From contig OZ320314.1 of assembly GCA_976226885.1 (NCBI GenBank), positions 88,164,001 through 88,228,000 of the forward strand: a stretch of 64,000 bases of DNA. The letters run 5' to 3'. This document shows positions 48,662 through 61,033 of the stretch, piece after piece. Within the stretch, counting starts at the first letter, position 1. Each line of letters starts with the position of its first letter. The notes under the pieces were generated by a model, which saw only the letters and a list, made by a program, of their open reading frames with translations, had not been told where the DNA came from and ran no database searches. The stretch comes from Iphione sp. A-MEVVRFRX5 (taxonomy: Eukaryota). A program made the position numbers and the translations under genes.

Positions 48662-51600
48662 GTAAGTTCATCGCCCTCAACAACACTTTTGTTACACAGG
48701 TGTACCTCACGATAAGGTAGAGATCATTTCGTTAACGGAATACATGTACATGTACTTCGCAAACAGAACAAGAATATATTTCCATTGGAGACCATCACAT
48801 TTGATATAAAATTGCTTCTCTCATTACAGTAAACTAGTACTTCGCTATAAAATCAGTTTTGTCTTCAGACAATTCGTTAACGCAGGTAGAGCTTCACACC
48901 TGTAATATGGAGACGTGAATAAACGACCAATATTATTATCAAGGTACATGTATACCTATACATGTACTCTCATCGTACTGAACCAGGCTGACTAATGCGT
49001 TAGGGAAGTGTGAACAGCGAGTCGGCTGTTCCTGTTCTCCGCTTGAAGAAGTATTTGACAGAATTAGGTTTAGCTGTCAGCGTATCAATATGACCTGCTT
49101 TACGTGACCTTTCCTTCACCTTTCATATCGTTGCCAAGGTTCACCTGGTTGTAGGCAGCGTGCTCAGAGAGTAGGAGAAAACAGGTGCCGCCCGCCCTCT
49201 GGAAGTAGTATTAGCAAATGGGACGTTTTTTCAGGTGACCTATAAAATCTAGTAATGGCGGTGATCTTATTCTTTTCGTCCATCATTCTTTCAACAAAAG
49301 GGAAGCCCTATACATGTACATTAATCATTTATTATTCACGGTTTTTATAAAATGGGAAACTTCCGTTGTCGTTCCTTGTCTAAATTTACTTTTTTTTAGA
49401 TGAATTCTCTAGCTAGGAGGGGGGAAAGATGATTTATGCTGGAACCCAGCCTGCAGCCTAGGCTCCTGTTGTAGTACTCTCATTCCACTGCTGATGATGC
49501 TCGTTATGGAATAGTACCATAAGAAAACACCATTTTGTGTTCGCGGGGAAATCAGTATGATTGACAGAGGGAAGTTTGGTTGTAGTAAAGGCAATAAACA
49601 TTAAGCCGTCACAGTGTGCGTGACAAATCACCCTATTTTCACCCAAGTGACGTCGGCCGAGCCTGGTTCCGATGATGTGCGTCACTGGTATTTCCAGTTG
49701 TCGTCTGCGTCAGGAGTGATAACCGAGAGGCGTTCTGGATATCACTGCCTTCAAGCAGAGTTCCACGCAAAAGTGAAGGTGGGAACACAAACGCCGGAAC
49801 AGTTCAAATTAATACGATAATATAATCGTATACGTTTGATTGCCGCTACGTCCTGCCTAGACAGATAACCAATGTTTTATGCCTTGTCTCGGTAGACATC
49901 AGGCTGTTTTATAGTTTGTGTTTCTTCATGCCCCATTGCGTTGGTGTGCAGCTTTTTCCACTGTGAAAATAACAAAATAAAGCTACATTCGAATTCCGTT
50001 GCTGGAAGCTGGTCAGCCTCACTAGTAGTAGACAGTCACGGCAAGATTAGAATCGGAGTAGCTGCGTCCAAACAGACTTGTGGAGGATACTTACGTCCAG
50101 CGGGTAAATAATTACAGCTGGTTCCTGGGTGTAAATATTTGAAACGGTGGGTACCTGATGTGTGGCTGATTAATAGGTTGGTGTCTCACTGTGGGGCGGC
50201 TCGGGGTTGTCCTGCCAGGAGCGGACTGGTTGGGGTGGGGGAGGGGACAGCAGTATCTCACAATGAACACGCCTCCATTACTACGCTCTCACAGTGCTCC
50301 CCTTTCATCTCATTTGATCTCCTCCCAGTGTAAACAGACCACTCTGACCAACTGGATGGCAATGATGATTTGTTCCGCAGTTCTATGCCAATACTGTCAC
50401 ATGCTACTGCCGTGATCCAGAGAATTCTGTCTAGTTTTCAATCGTTGGAGCAACCACTCCCGGTCTCCAGCTAGCAAGCGAGTAACAGTCATATGCAATG
50501 CTGTTTTCACGCCGTTTAAACACACCGTGTTGTTAAGCACCACTAAGCTCAACCTCCGAGTGACTGCCGTTGATAAATTGTTGTAGGCATGCCATGTACT
50601 GCAACCATCGGACAGTAAACTAGCCCTGACGCCATTTACACATTGGATAGTCGGGGACAGCAACTGACTTTTTCTGGTGGTCCATTTTCTACAATGCTGA
50701 CCGCATTGAAATTCGGTATTTTACATACATGTATATAATATAGGTACATGTATATGCTAGCTTCTATAAAAGGAGCGTTCCCGCTAGGAATACATTTCTT
50801 GGGGAGGCCCTGAGAAATCCAACACGAGCATAAAATTGCTTTTTTATGCACTGAAAAGACCGAATGAACTTATGGTCTTGGGATCTCGTACTCTTGGCCA
50901 AACAGGCTCGATTTATTGCATTCCAAGCAGTCTCCGCGGAGCAGAGTTTGCTAAGTTAGATCTCCCCGGGAAGAGGTCAGCCACCGCAGCAGGCTGTCCC
51001 GTAGGCTTCAGTACAATTCAAACAGACAAACACGTGAGCAGCTCCTCCAGATCTTGCGTAGGAAAAAAACAGAATGAATCAATTGGGTGGGAGAGAATCC
51101 TATATAAGGTGAATGAGAAAGGGAAATTTCCATACATGGCCATGTATTTATGGCTTGGATTGATGTTAGGAAGAGGAAGTGTGTGTGTCGGGGGGGGGGA
51201 GACACAGATTTAAGGGCACAGTAAAAGAAGGGCATGGAGAATCCTTTTACTAATGCCACCCTACTATAGTCGTTTCCTGGTATTCCTTCAGATTGTAAAA
51301 GTATTATATGTTCTCGTTGGGGGTGTCATATTTGTGTCTGGTACCAGTCCAGGCTTGGCCTGTCACTAGTGGTATCGCTTGGTACAAGCGCCGAGGGAGA
51401 GGCCGGATCTGTTGTCTAGCAGTCCAGGCACACGCAGCTATGTTCTCATCTCGGCCATCACTTACTCGACAGTATCCGGCCTGGGGAGACAAGTCGCCTG
51501 GCCCTCTGCGGTCTACTATTGATGGTCGGTCCCAGGGCCTTTTACAGGCACCGATCGGTCGGCAGGGTCTCAGCCGTTAGCCCACGCTTCGGCTAACTAC

Positions 51601-54600
51601 AGGGAATATGTCTACGAAGGATTCTTCTCCTGACACGGGTTCCACATGGGGAGGGATGGACACACACGCGCGGGCGCGCACACAAACACACACGCACACA
51701 CATAGAAAGTATCAATGGATATACATATCATATATTCAGTTCCAATGGTGTGGCTTGTGTGGCCACCATGAGACATGCATGCAAAAGAAATGAATATTCA
51801 GTCACATAATAAGACATTTTAAAAATATACGGCTCAGGTGGACAGTGTAAACGAAGAAGACTTCCTTGCAAAAAAAGTAAATATGGCTTTCCTTCTTGTG
51901 GCTTGTGTTTCGATGCACGCACATTTTTACATGCGTGCAGCGTACGTAAAAGATATTGCAGTATTATAACATTCCTTCACGGTATACACATCGTTCCATG
52001 GACCATATCAGGTAAGGGGTAGATAGGGGGCCAAAATATGTGCAAATAATTTCTGTAACCATTTTCTGTGCCCGTCAATAGCTGAGAAAGTGTAATTTTC
52101 TCAAATCATATTGAGATCCATATCAATGAATCATCTCTCTCCGTGTGTATGGTTCTCTTTCAAAGTAGAGACACAAAAACGGAGATCAGACCAGCCAAGA
52201 AGGACGAGGCGCCGAGCCTCTCCGCAATTCCCTAATTGCCTTGCTTGTTCACAAGCCGCTGGCAAGGTGATATATTGGCTTCAGAGAACACGGCCGACAT
52301 CCGCTGGCCGGGTCGCATTGAGCTGGGCCGAGCTGCTGGCGCTCACACGTAGACGGACAAACAAACAGACAGATATGAAGAATATCACATGCAGGAGTGA
52401 CAGGCAGGTGCTGCCGGAGAGACGGGGTAAATTAGCAAGGCAGACCAGCGCGGATACAGACATGTAAACACATAGACATATAGGGGATACGTGCATCTCG
52501 GCACACTAACAACGTAGAACTATACTGACGATAAATAGCTATGTCACCTTGGATGCGCCTAGGCCTATAATAGCCGCGTAGGATATCATTGACCGATTTG
52601 GACGAGGCTCGGCACTCAGTAAGCACATGCACATTTTCCGTAATTATTCTATTTTCACCTATACCCTTGCCCCGCCATTGAAGATGCTACCCGGCCACCT
52701 TATCTAATGTCTCTACATAGAGCAACACAACCCAGAATACAGACATTCAGATATTCATAGAGCCGGTACGAGTGGAAAACACTTCTCTCATTCTCCTTTG
52801 CTTGTGGCCACTTCAGGAGAAGCGGCGGATAAATTGGGATGAGAACGCGCCAGTTTAGATGCACGCCCCGTAGTGATTGCTGTGGCTTATTGCCTCGTTA
52901 GTAGCTAGACTTGGGAAAGTTCCCTGTCAAGTTCCACTGACGAGAAGTTTGTGGTCTGTGTAACAGTGCTCTTCTTTTGTTCGTACTCCTCTGTTTGCGA
53001 TTGCGTCCTGAAATATCGGCGCCAAATCAAAAGAAGGGGCTAAAAACGTCCACTGCCCAACCCGAACAACGAACTGAGGCCTTGTGAATGACAGCTGCTT
53101 CTTATTAAACGACGGTCCGACAAACGCGCGATAAGCCGCGGGTGTCTTCTAATATAAACACCCAAGGGAGGGTAATTGACAAATTTGTTCAGCCTAGAAG
53201 AGAAATTATTAGAGTTCTCATCATCTCGCTTTGATGGCGCCTTTTGTTGGTCACGTTGCCACTGTGGTGCCATTAGTAACTGAAGTTTAAGGGAGAAACG
53301 TTGAGTGGCTGCCTTTCTAAAAGGTCGATTCAAAGACTTTCCCCAAGGATGATGTTTGTGTTCATCCGAGAACTCAATGGCTGCTTTGCGAACAACATTC
53401 GTTGAGCTAGAATTAACTTATTGCTCCTCAGGAACGTATTTTGGAAAAGAGGTTTCGAATACATATACAGTTCGCACATTAGTGAACGAATTCGTTTTGA
53501 TTTGAGAGCTAACGTTACTTTTAAACTTTTATGTTATGAAAACCTCATGTTTTATTAAATCGATATTATCTGTACAGATCCGCATATAGGGCCTACATTT
53601 TTATACATGTATTTATTGTTGTAAATAACTACATACACATTTCATTTTGTTTGGCCGTCATAAGAAAATGAAAAGCTACATACATGTACATGTAGTAAAA
53701 TCCACCGTATGATATTGTTGACATATATGATTTACATGCATTTAATTATGCTTCTAGATATGCTTGTTATGTTTGTTTTTGAGAACGACTTTTGTGTGCT
53801 TACTTAGTCCAACCGTGCATTACATGTACCAAGGTATTGCTTTGTTCCCATTAGCCATTGTTCTTGGTGCCTCATTCCACATCGTTGTACGAGCAGCGCA
53901 TTACAATGTTTAGGTCAAGAGGGCCAGGTTCGTAGTGTCCTTAGAAGACCCCTATTATCGCACACCGTGACGTTGTTGTCGCCTGCCTTTTCTTCCATTT
54001 CGCAGTATTGATACACTAAAAGCATGAGCGTTCGATGAATAGGGCGTCATTGGAAACGAAAATGTCTCAGGTGGCGGTTTTTGATAAGAGTAAACCTCTC
54101 ACCCCAGTAAAATGTTTACATTGTTCCTTGAGTGGGAGAGCACGGTTTCCATAGCGACGACACAGAAAGAGACGAAGATTTTGAGGAATGTAAATATTCA
54201 TAGAGGGCTGGTGACCACGTGTGGTTCTATATTCGTAAAGTGTTTGCTTCGCTTTTTTTTTTGCTTCTTGAAGTCGGTGACGTAGTCCATATGAGTGTGA
54301 AACATGCATAGAACTCGTAATTGAAGAACACTTGTCTCTATCAATCTAATAAGTGTAAGTAGCATGCTAATGCAAAGCATTTCTTCTCAGCATTGTTTTG
54401 TTTCCGACTGACCTTAAAACAGTACATCTCCTTAATTACTCGGGAAAATCAGAAACGATTGCTTGAAATGTGATCGTCTTCCTATCTCATCTACTTTCTT
54501 TGACATCGAACTGTTTCCCTGGCGGATAAAGGAGTACGGTATTCAATCAGGCTTCGTTGGTGGGCGGCACATTGAGAAAAAAAAGACTAAAAGAGAAAGT

Positions 54601-55667
54601 TAGATAAACAGTTGTTCTTTCGGATAAAAAGAACTGAGAGAATGCTTATGGGAAATGGGCAGCAGCACACTTCTGTTTGTCAGCTCCAAACAAACACGAC
54701 GGACGTGCATATTGCTGAATATTACCGTACAGTGGGCTGCCGTTGGTCTCCAAAGAAGTCGGCAGACACTTCTGTGTTAACCTATGAAAAGACAGCACTC
54801 TCCGAAAATAGATGTTTGTCCCCAGCGGGGACAGTGAAGGGGAGGAGCCCTTCTCCCACCAGGGGTCTGCCAGACTAAAGACTGGCCGAACAATGTAAAG
54901 GGGAAACCGTCAGAAAACACTGACAGCCATTGTCTAGAATGTAAGACTGCCAACCTGAACCATCTCCGCGGTGGAAAAAAAAGGTGTGGTTGTAGCTTAA
55001 ACCCCCGCCCTCTCCCGTAAACATATGAGGTCTGTTCAGTCTAACGACAACATTTCCCAAGCATATTGGAGATGCTCGTGAGCGCCCTTCTACGGGGCTC
55101 ACGAGGCTGACTATTGACGGTGCAGAACCCCGCCTCCCCCAGCGAGTTACATGAGTAGACGCGGCGTGTAGTCTGGCATGCTGGCGGCAGCCCAGCGGGC
55201 AGCTGGCCAGAGGCCGGCCATCTGAGGCAGCCTATACAGCTGCAGCTGCAGCAGCAACCCACCAGGTGGTGTCAGCTACGGCTGGTCTGCCTGCAATCTC
55301 CTCCACTCGGCACCATCATTCTGTAAGTATAGGTTATACGTATAACGTTTAAATACATAACATAAGGCAAAGATATTATTCTTAAATGCTTTTTTCAGAG
55401 GAATGCTTAATTGTGCCACTTTTACTTGACTGTGGTTGTGAGTGGCTGGGGTACTAGCCCCACTCGTCTCAATTATGTCCATCGCCTTTAAGATTGATGA
55501 TCATGTGTGTCATCAGTCAAGCCTTACACATCACCAGACCCTGCAATTTTGTGCTGGGACGGACTAAATTTTGAAGGTCGAAGTAGGTCAGTCCTTGAAC
55601 GATGATTCGCCTCCTTGGATGGATTTTATTTGTGCCTAGGGGGATGCATGTACAATGTATATGAGCG

Positions 55668-55805
55668 NNNNNNNNNNNNNNNNNNNNNNNNNNNNNNNNN
55701 NNNNNNNNNNNNNNNNNNNNNNNNNNNNNNNNNNNNNNNNNNNNNNNNNNNNNNNNNNNNNNNNNNNNNNNNNNNNNNNNNNNNNNNNNNNNNNNNNNNN
55801 NNNNN
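55668..55805. other. Assembly gap (138 N)
   Basis: Run of N. Confidence 1.
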
Positions 55806-56028
55806 GGGGCGGACTTTTCCGGAGATGTGTCAAGTAGCGGGCGTTGTCATGCATTATGTCACACCGGCTTGACCCTCGATAGGTGCCTCGCCATATATGG
55901 ACACAATATATGTGAAGTAGACGATTGGTTCCCGGCATGATTACTGCATTTAGAGTAGTTACCATGTTACATACAGCTAAAACCCACTCGAGCTCCTAGT
56001 GTTGGATGGGTGGTTTGTAATGCGGGAA

Positions 56029-56066
56029 ATGTTGATTGAAGTTGCCAGTGCCATTTTCCGTAGAAG
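56029..56066 (+). CDS. Candidate PH-less alternative first exon (MLIEVASAIFRR, phase 2) or 3-nt micro-exon AAG (56064-56066)
   Basis: tgccattttccgtag|AAG|gtaagt. ATG at 56029 gives a phase-2 end, the phase of the intron after the PH exon. Confidence 0.3.
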
Positions 56067-56112
56067 GTAAGTAAGGGGTTGCCTGTAGTCGGATTCACTC
56101 CCATCTACTTAC

Positions 56113-56466
56113 CTCTCAACCAACTAGCCTACGGACACGCCCACCCGGCCACCGTCAGCCACTGTTGACGGCCGCCAGGACGTGTCAGTCCCGAGGAGCA
56201 CCCCCCGCCTCCCGAGGCGTGGCTTCCCGTTTCGCGCTGGTCTGCGTCTCGCGGCGTCACTCGGGGCGCACCGACCCGCCGTCCGTCCGTCCTAAAACCG
56301 CCCGACTGCACTTCGAAGGGTGACCGGGTGCGCTGCTGCTCGTTGCTTGTCCCTGTCAGAATCCATTCCGAGTTACACCCGCGGGAGGAGAGGGGGATGC
56401 GTCAGACGAGGGAGACAGAACCCACGCCGCCTGAACCAGACCTCCTCCATTTACGACGACGGCCGC
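56113..56466 (-). ncRNA. Candidate non-coding antisense exon (354 nt, CpG-rich)
   Basis: On the - strand: a long pyrimidine tract ending ...cccactccccag| at 56467 and donor GAG|gtaagt at 56112. All three frames contain stops. Confidence 0.35.
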
Positions 56467-59400
56467 CTGGGGAGTGGGACAGGAACCAGGGACGGGAACA
56501 AGACAGATACAGATTCAAATAGACAACGAAATAGTTCACGGTCGCAGACCGCATAGAGCGAGTGGGATAAAGAGCCGTGCTTGAGTTCTCTACCCCGCAG
56601 TCAGGGTGTCCTACGCGCCTTGACAGTGCTGTTGACAGTGGCCGGTTTCCTCAGCTGACAGTGACTACGACCGTCACGCCGTGTCTTTCTACAGCAGCTG
56701 TCCGAGTGGTATGCGCAGCGTGGGCGAAAATTGACGGTCAGACTGCCGTGGCAGCGATACATCCTGGATACGTATACAGCAGAGGTTCCGCACCGTCTGT
56801 AACAGTCAGTCATATGAAACACCAACACAGTTGGACAGCCATCGGCCCAACGCAAGCCAGGGATGACCGACTTCGATGTGAACCAAGCCTAACCTCATGG
56901 CTACAGGCACAAATACAAAATGCCTGGACTGCAGTTTCTGTTTACATCTGTTGTATACTGAGGAGGGAATATGTAGCTGATACAGATCTAAGGATACATA
57001 TGGCCTCTCTTTATCACTATAGCCCTACTGGAGACACTACTTTACTATAGACATACATACGTGTCTATGTATGGCCCAACCAAACAATTGGAATACTATT
57101 TAGCACACATTGTAAGTGTCTGCGAGCATTTCCACGATCCATGGGCCCTGGTATCTTGTAGAGTCCAGTGCCCCGATACTGTACCTGAGTTGCTCTGTTT
57201 AGAGGTAACCCGGTCGGACCCAAACAAAGCGAGCTCCACATGTTTGTTGTACGGTGTTTCGTGACATTGCCCAGCTGGAGAGAGCGAGATGGAGAGCGTC
57301 ACTGATGTGTAGTTTAGTCATTAGAGGTGACCTGTGTGTATTTAAGACATACACAAGCCTTCTGGGACAGCGAATACATGTAGTTGGAAAAGAAAAGGTT
57401 CAGCTTCCTTGGACTCCTAGGACTCTCTATACATGAACAGGTACTAGAGGATTTTGCTTATGGTAAAAATCTTTGCGGGGATAAACTCACGGAAAGGTCC
57501 TTGTTGTGGAAGCTGTCTTAAATGTGATGGAGGTTCACGCGAGGCTGAAGGTTTGAAGGGGGCTATTTGGCTGTATGATGAGACTACGAGCTGTATACAA
57601 GAGCAAGAGGTGCATAGCTTTTGGGACGTGGTGGAGATGCCAAATGCTTACTTCATCCTTACTATCTTCACACACTACGCTTGCACACACACTCAGACTC
57701 GCACAGTGTTAACCTTTGCACCTGAGTCCGATTACAAGTTCCCTTGAGTCCGTTGGACCCATGTGCAGAGGGCGTCACCCAGGAAGTATCTTCATGTATA
57801 CGTGCATGTGTATATCGTAGGTGCCTCATCGTACATGTTCATGTATATGTATGTACGTACGTGTATTTTTAAACCAAGAACCCGACAACAGCGGCCCCAT
57901 ACACTTATCAAACATCGCCCACGATTATCAAAGTTCAGATTCAGGCCAAAGCCTCCCGCATGTGTTGATTAGCATCTCTATGCCCGTATTTACCAAGACG
58001 TGTACATGAACATCACGCCTAACGAGTCCTACTTCAGTTGGTCCATCTGGCGGGGTCGGATATTTGGCACCTGAATGTCCAGTCCCGCCAAGAAAAGTTT
58101 GCCGCACTACGAACGCCATCATCGGAGCTGGCAGCTCGCAGAGGGTACCCAGCCAACGGAGGGATGGCTACATGGTGCTGGTGATGGTGGTGCTTGGTGG
58201 TTGTTTGCCGGGTGGTGGGCCAGTACAGCAGAGAAACCCGCGCCTCTGGCCGTTGTAGTGATCAATGAAAGTATAGGCCTCGGGGCGAGTTGTGTGTAGA
58301 CGACTGAAGCGGCGATGGCGGTGGCGGCGCCCATCGCCCCAGCGGCCGACTGACAGCACGACCCGCTGACAGGCCGGCCTAGAGATATCCACCCACCACC
58401 GTAGATGGCCAGGGAGAAGACATTATACAGTAGAGCAAGGATCTCGGCCACATACCACTCATGCCTTACACACGCACACACATCACTCTCTCATAAACAC
58501 ACCTACATACGTTCCGACCGAACCCGTCACAGGGATACCCACCCCCCTGTCAGCCTGAGCATCGGATTGCCTTGTTGTTGGTCCTTGGCTGGGGACTGAC
58601 ACAGAGGAGCAACTGTCTGTGCCTGCTGTAGTACTCTCACGAGGACTGTTTATGCTGAGAAGACAGTGCAGAACAAGTCTCCAAAATATAGCCGGCGCCC
58701 GCCAGTGAAGTCTCTCCACATTGCCCCAAAAGCACGGAATCAGCAACCAACCTGCAACATTTATATTTTGTGTGCCCCTCGAGATTTCAAGAGCTGAAGT
58801 CTGTTGACCCTGGGGGAAAGACGCAAGCGGCTGGAACACGCCTATTAAAGCGGGGATGTGGTGTACTCCCGACATGCCCACAACCACAGCACACTGGCGA
58901 TGTACTCATAACCATAGGCCGTAGAGTCCTATGTTAGATACATGCTGAGTACCGGACCGTCCTCACCCACGCCGTATATCTGAGAAAACTGCTTCCCGGA
59001 GGCAGTGAGCGAGAGGTAGTAAACAGTGACTATCAACCGTTGTCAGGCAGCGTGAATAGGCGCACCACCAGATTGACACTCTAACCCCTTGGCAAGTTAC
59101 GTCGACATGGTAGTAATCCTCTCAGAGGCACGATACCGCTACATAACAGTGGTCCGGCTTTAGTCGATCTTCCCAGAGGATTCCTGTACTGCTAGCGAAA
59201 GGACACTGTCACGGATACCTCCCGAGAGCTCCACCCGCCTCTCCTTCTTCTCCATCTTTGAGGGTTTCACTGTTATTAACAAAGGATTCCATTTCCGTAG
59301 CCTGTGCGACAGTCGGCAGGAAACGAGAAACAAGGATCACATTTTGGAGGAAAGAGAGAGGGCTAAAAAGAGAAACATGAAAACAGATACTGACACCGAG

Positions 59401-59864
59401 GTTTGTTCCGCGATATTCTCCTCCCATGACACTGGGAAGATTATAAACACGTTTGAAACCCCGTCTTTACAAGACCCGCTGCCGTCTTTAAATTGATAGT
59501 CACCGTTCATGAGACGTCAAGCCTTACAGCGACGGACGATCCTATCACGATTCAACCATCATCTCAGCATGGGTGGAACTTTTTAGTTACCCACGGTGTT
59601 TGCATGGACCGCCATCTTATACAGAAAAATGCGGGCAAAGTGATACACACATGTACACGTACACATCTGCACCTGACACAAAGCGAGTTGGACAGCTGGA
59701 TCCCGGCGGTCGGTGCCATTAGTGACTTTGTACACGTGCACCGAAGGAGTGCGGGTCATTGCCTAGCACGTCCACCGAGTTGGGGCCTTCAGCTCAAGAC
59801 ATTAGTCTGCCCCACCCGTCTTGATATTACCGAGCAAGGGGGCCGGTACAGATCTGCCAACGGA

Positions 59865-59971
59865 GGGCGTGGTTGAGCATGCTTGATTGATTGGCCACAG
59901 GCTGTCAGATAAGACTGCCATCTAGCGGCGCTAGGGTCAGACAGTACCCACAGTGGACCGCTAGGGGTGTG
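59865..59971. promoter_or_regulatory. Intronic promoter-like cluster: GC/KLF box, CCAAT box, CTCF-like motifs
   Basis: GGGCGTGG 59865-59872, ATTGG 59890-59894, CCGCTAGATGGCAG on - strand 59928-59915, weaker CCGCTAGGGGTGTG 59958-59971. Confidence 0.4.
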
Positions 59972-60983
59972 TTTTTACCCCGGTTCGCGAGGCTTTCCGA
60001 GCCCCATTCCAACCTCACTTCATATTTTGAGCTGAAAGGATCCTCTCGATCCACTGGCGCCAGAGTGCTGATACCTATATGGGTGCACGTGATGAAACAG
60101 ATGCTGACCAAACGGGGCCTGCACCAGCTGCCTGCAGTGGCAGCCTCTCTCGTGGCGCCTTCCACACCGAGCTACCTCACATTTGATTGTGGGAGCGTGT
60201 ATGGAGAGGCTCTCATGCGTCTACAGCTGCGGCACCGAGTCGGCCTTGGTGCTGCCTTGGCCTTGGTTATGGTTGACTACTCCGTCTGACACACTTCGCT
60301 GACTCCAGGGATCGAAGTACGGCGTTATGCCGCACGCACGTGTAGACTCTTTGTGTACCTGGCGAATGCCATGGCACTAAGTGGTTGAATATACTTGTGT
60401 ATAGAAAAACTGAGCCGCTGCTTGAGACGACTACCACTGCCTAGCCAGCTAATGAGCAGACAGATTCTCACCTTTGAGGCATACGACGAAGAGTCTAAAC
60501 TACCCATTCCTGGGGCTGCCATGAGGACTTTCTGGACTGCAGTGTGGAGCATTGGGTTATCATGAATCGGTTGTATGGAAACCTCTATAAAGTATTATGA
60601 ACATTGCAGGTTGCTGAGGATCAACTCAGACAAGACGACTTTAGGCGTCTTGGCAAATCAGAAAGAAATAACTTGCCGGGAGAGCAGGCCGCTTCAGCAA
60701 CAGTTTGGTACACAAACCGTTATACTAGACGGACCTGTGAACAATTAAACACGGTGTGTAACAAGTTGGAGAAGTGAGCACTGATAGTGAAAGAGTAGTA
60801 CAGTCGGTGGTTGAATCACCAGTGACGAACAGCCTCTTTACAGAACTAACTTTGGCTTTTCAGACTGAAGCTCGACGAAAGACTATCCACGTTGTCGAAA
60901 GTAAATTTCGAGACAGCTGTTGATTTGGATTTATTATATTACGACCAATTTTAGAATTTCACTGCTGTGGCCTTGAAGTAATC

Positions 60984-61033
60984 ATGGTGACACAAATGGC
61001 TACTTCAGATGCATCACCGTTTCCTTCAGATAG
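60984..61033 (+). CDS. Candidate PH-less alternative first exon (MVTQMATSDASPFPSD, phase 2)
   Basis: aatcATGG context, strong donor TAG|gtgagt, phase 2. A promoter-like cluster lies ~1 kb upstream. Confidence 0.4.
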
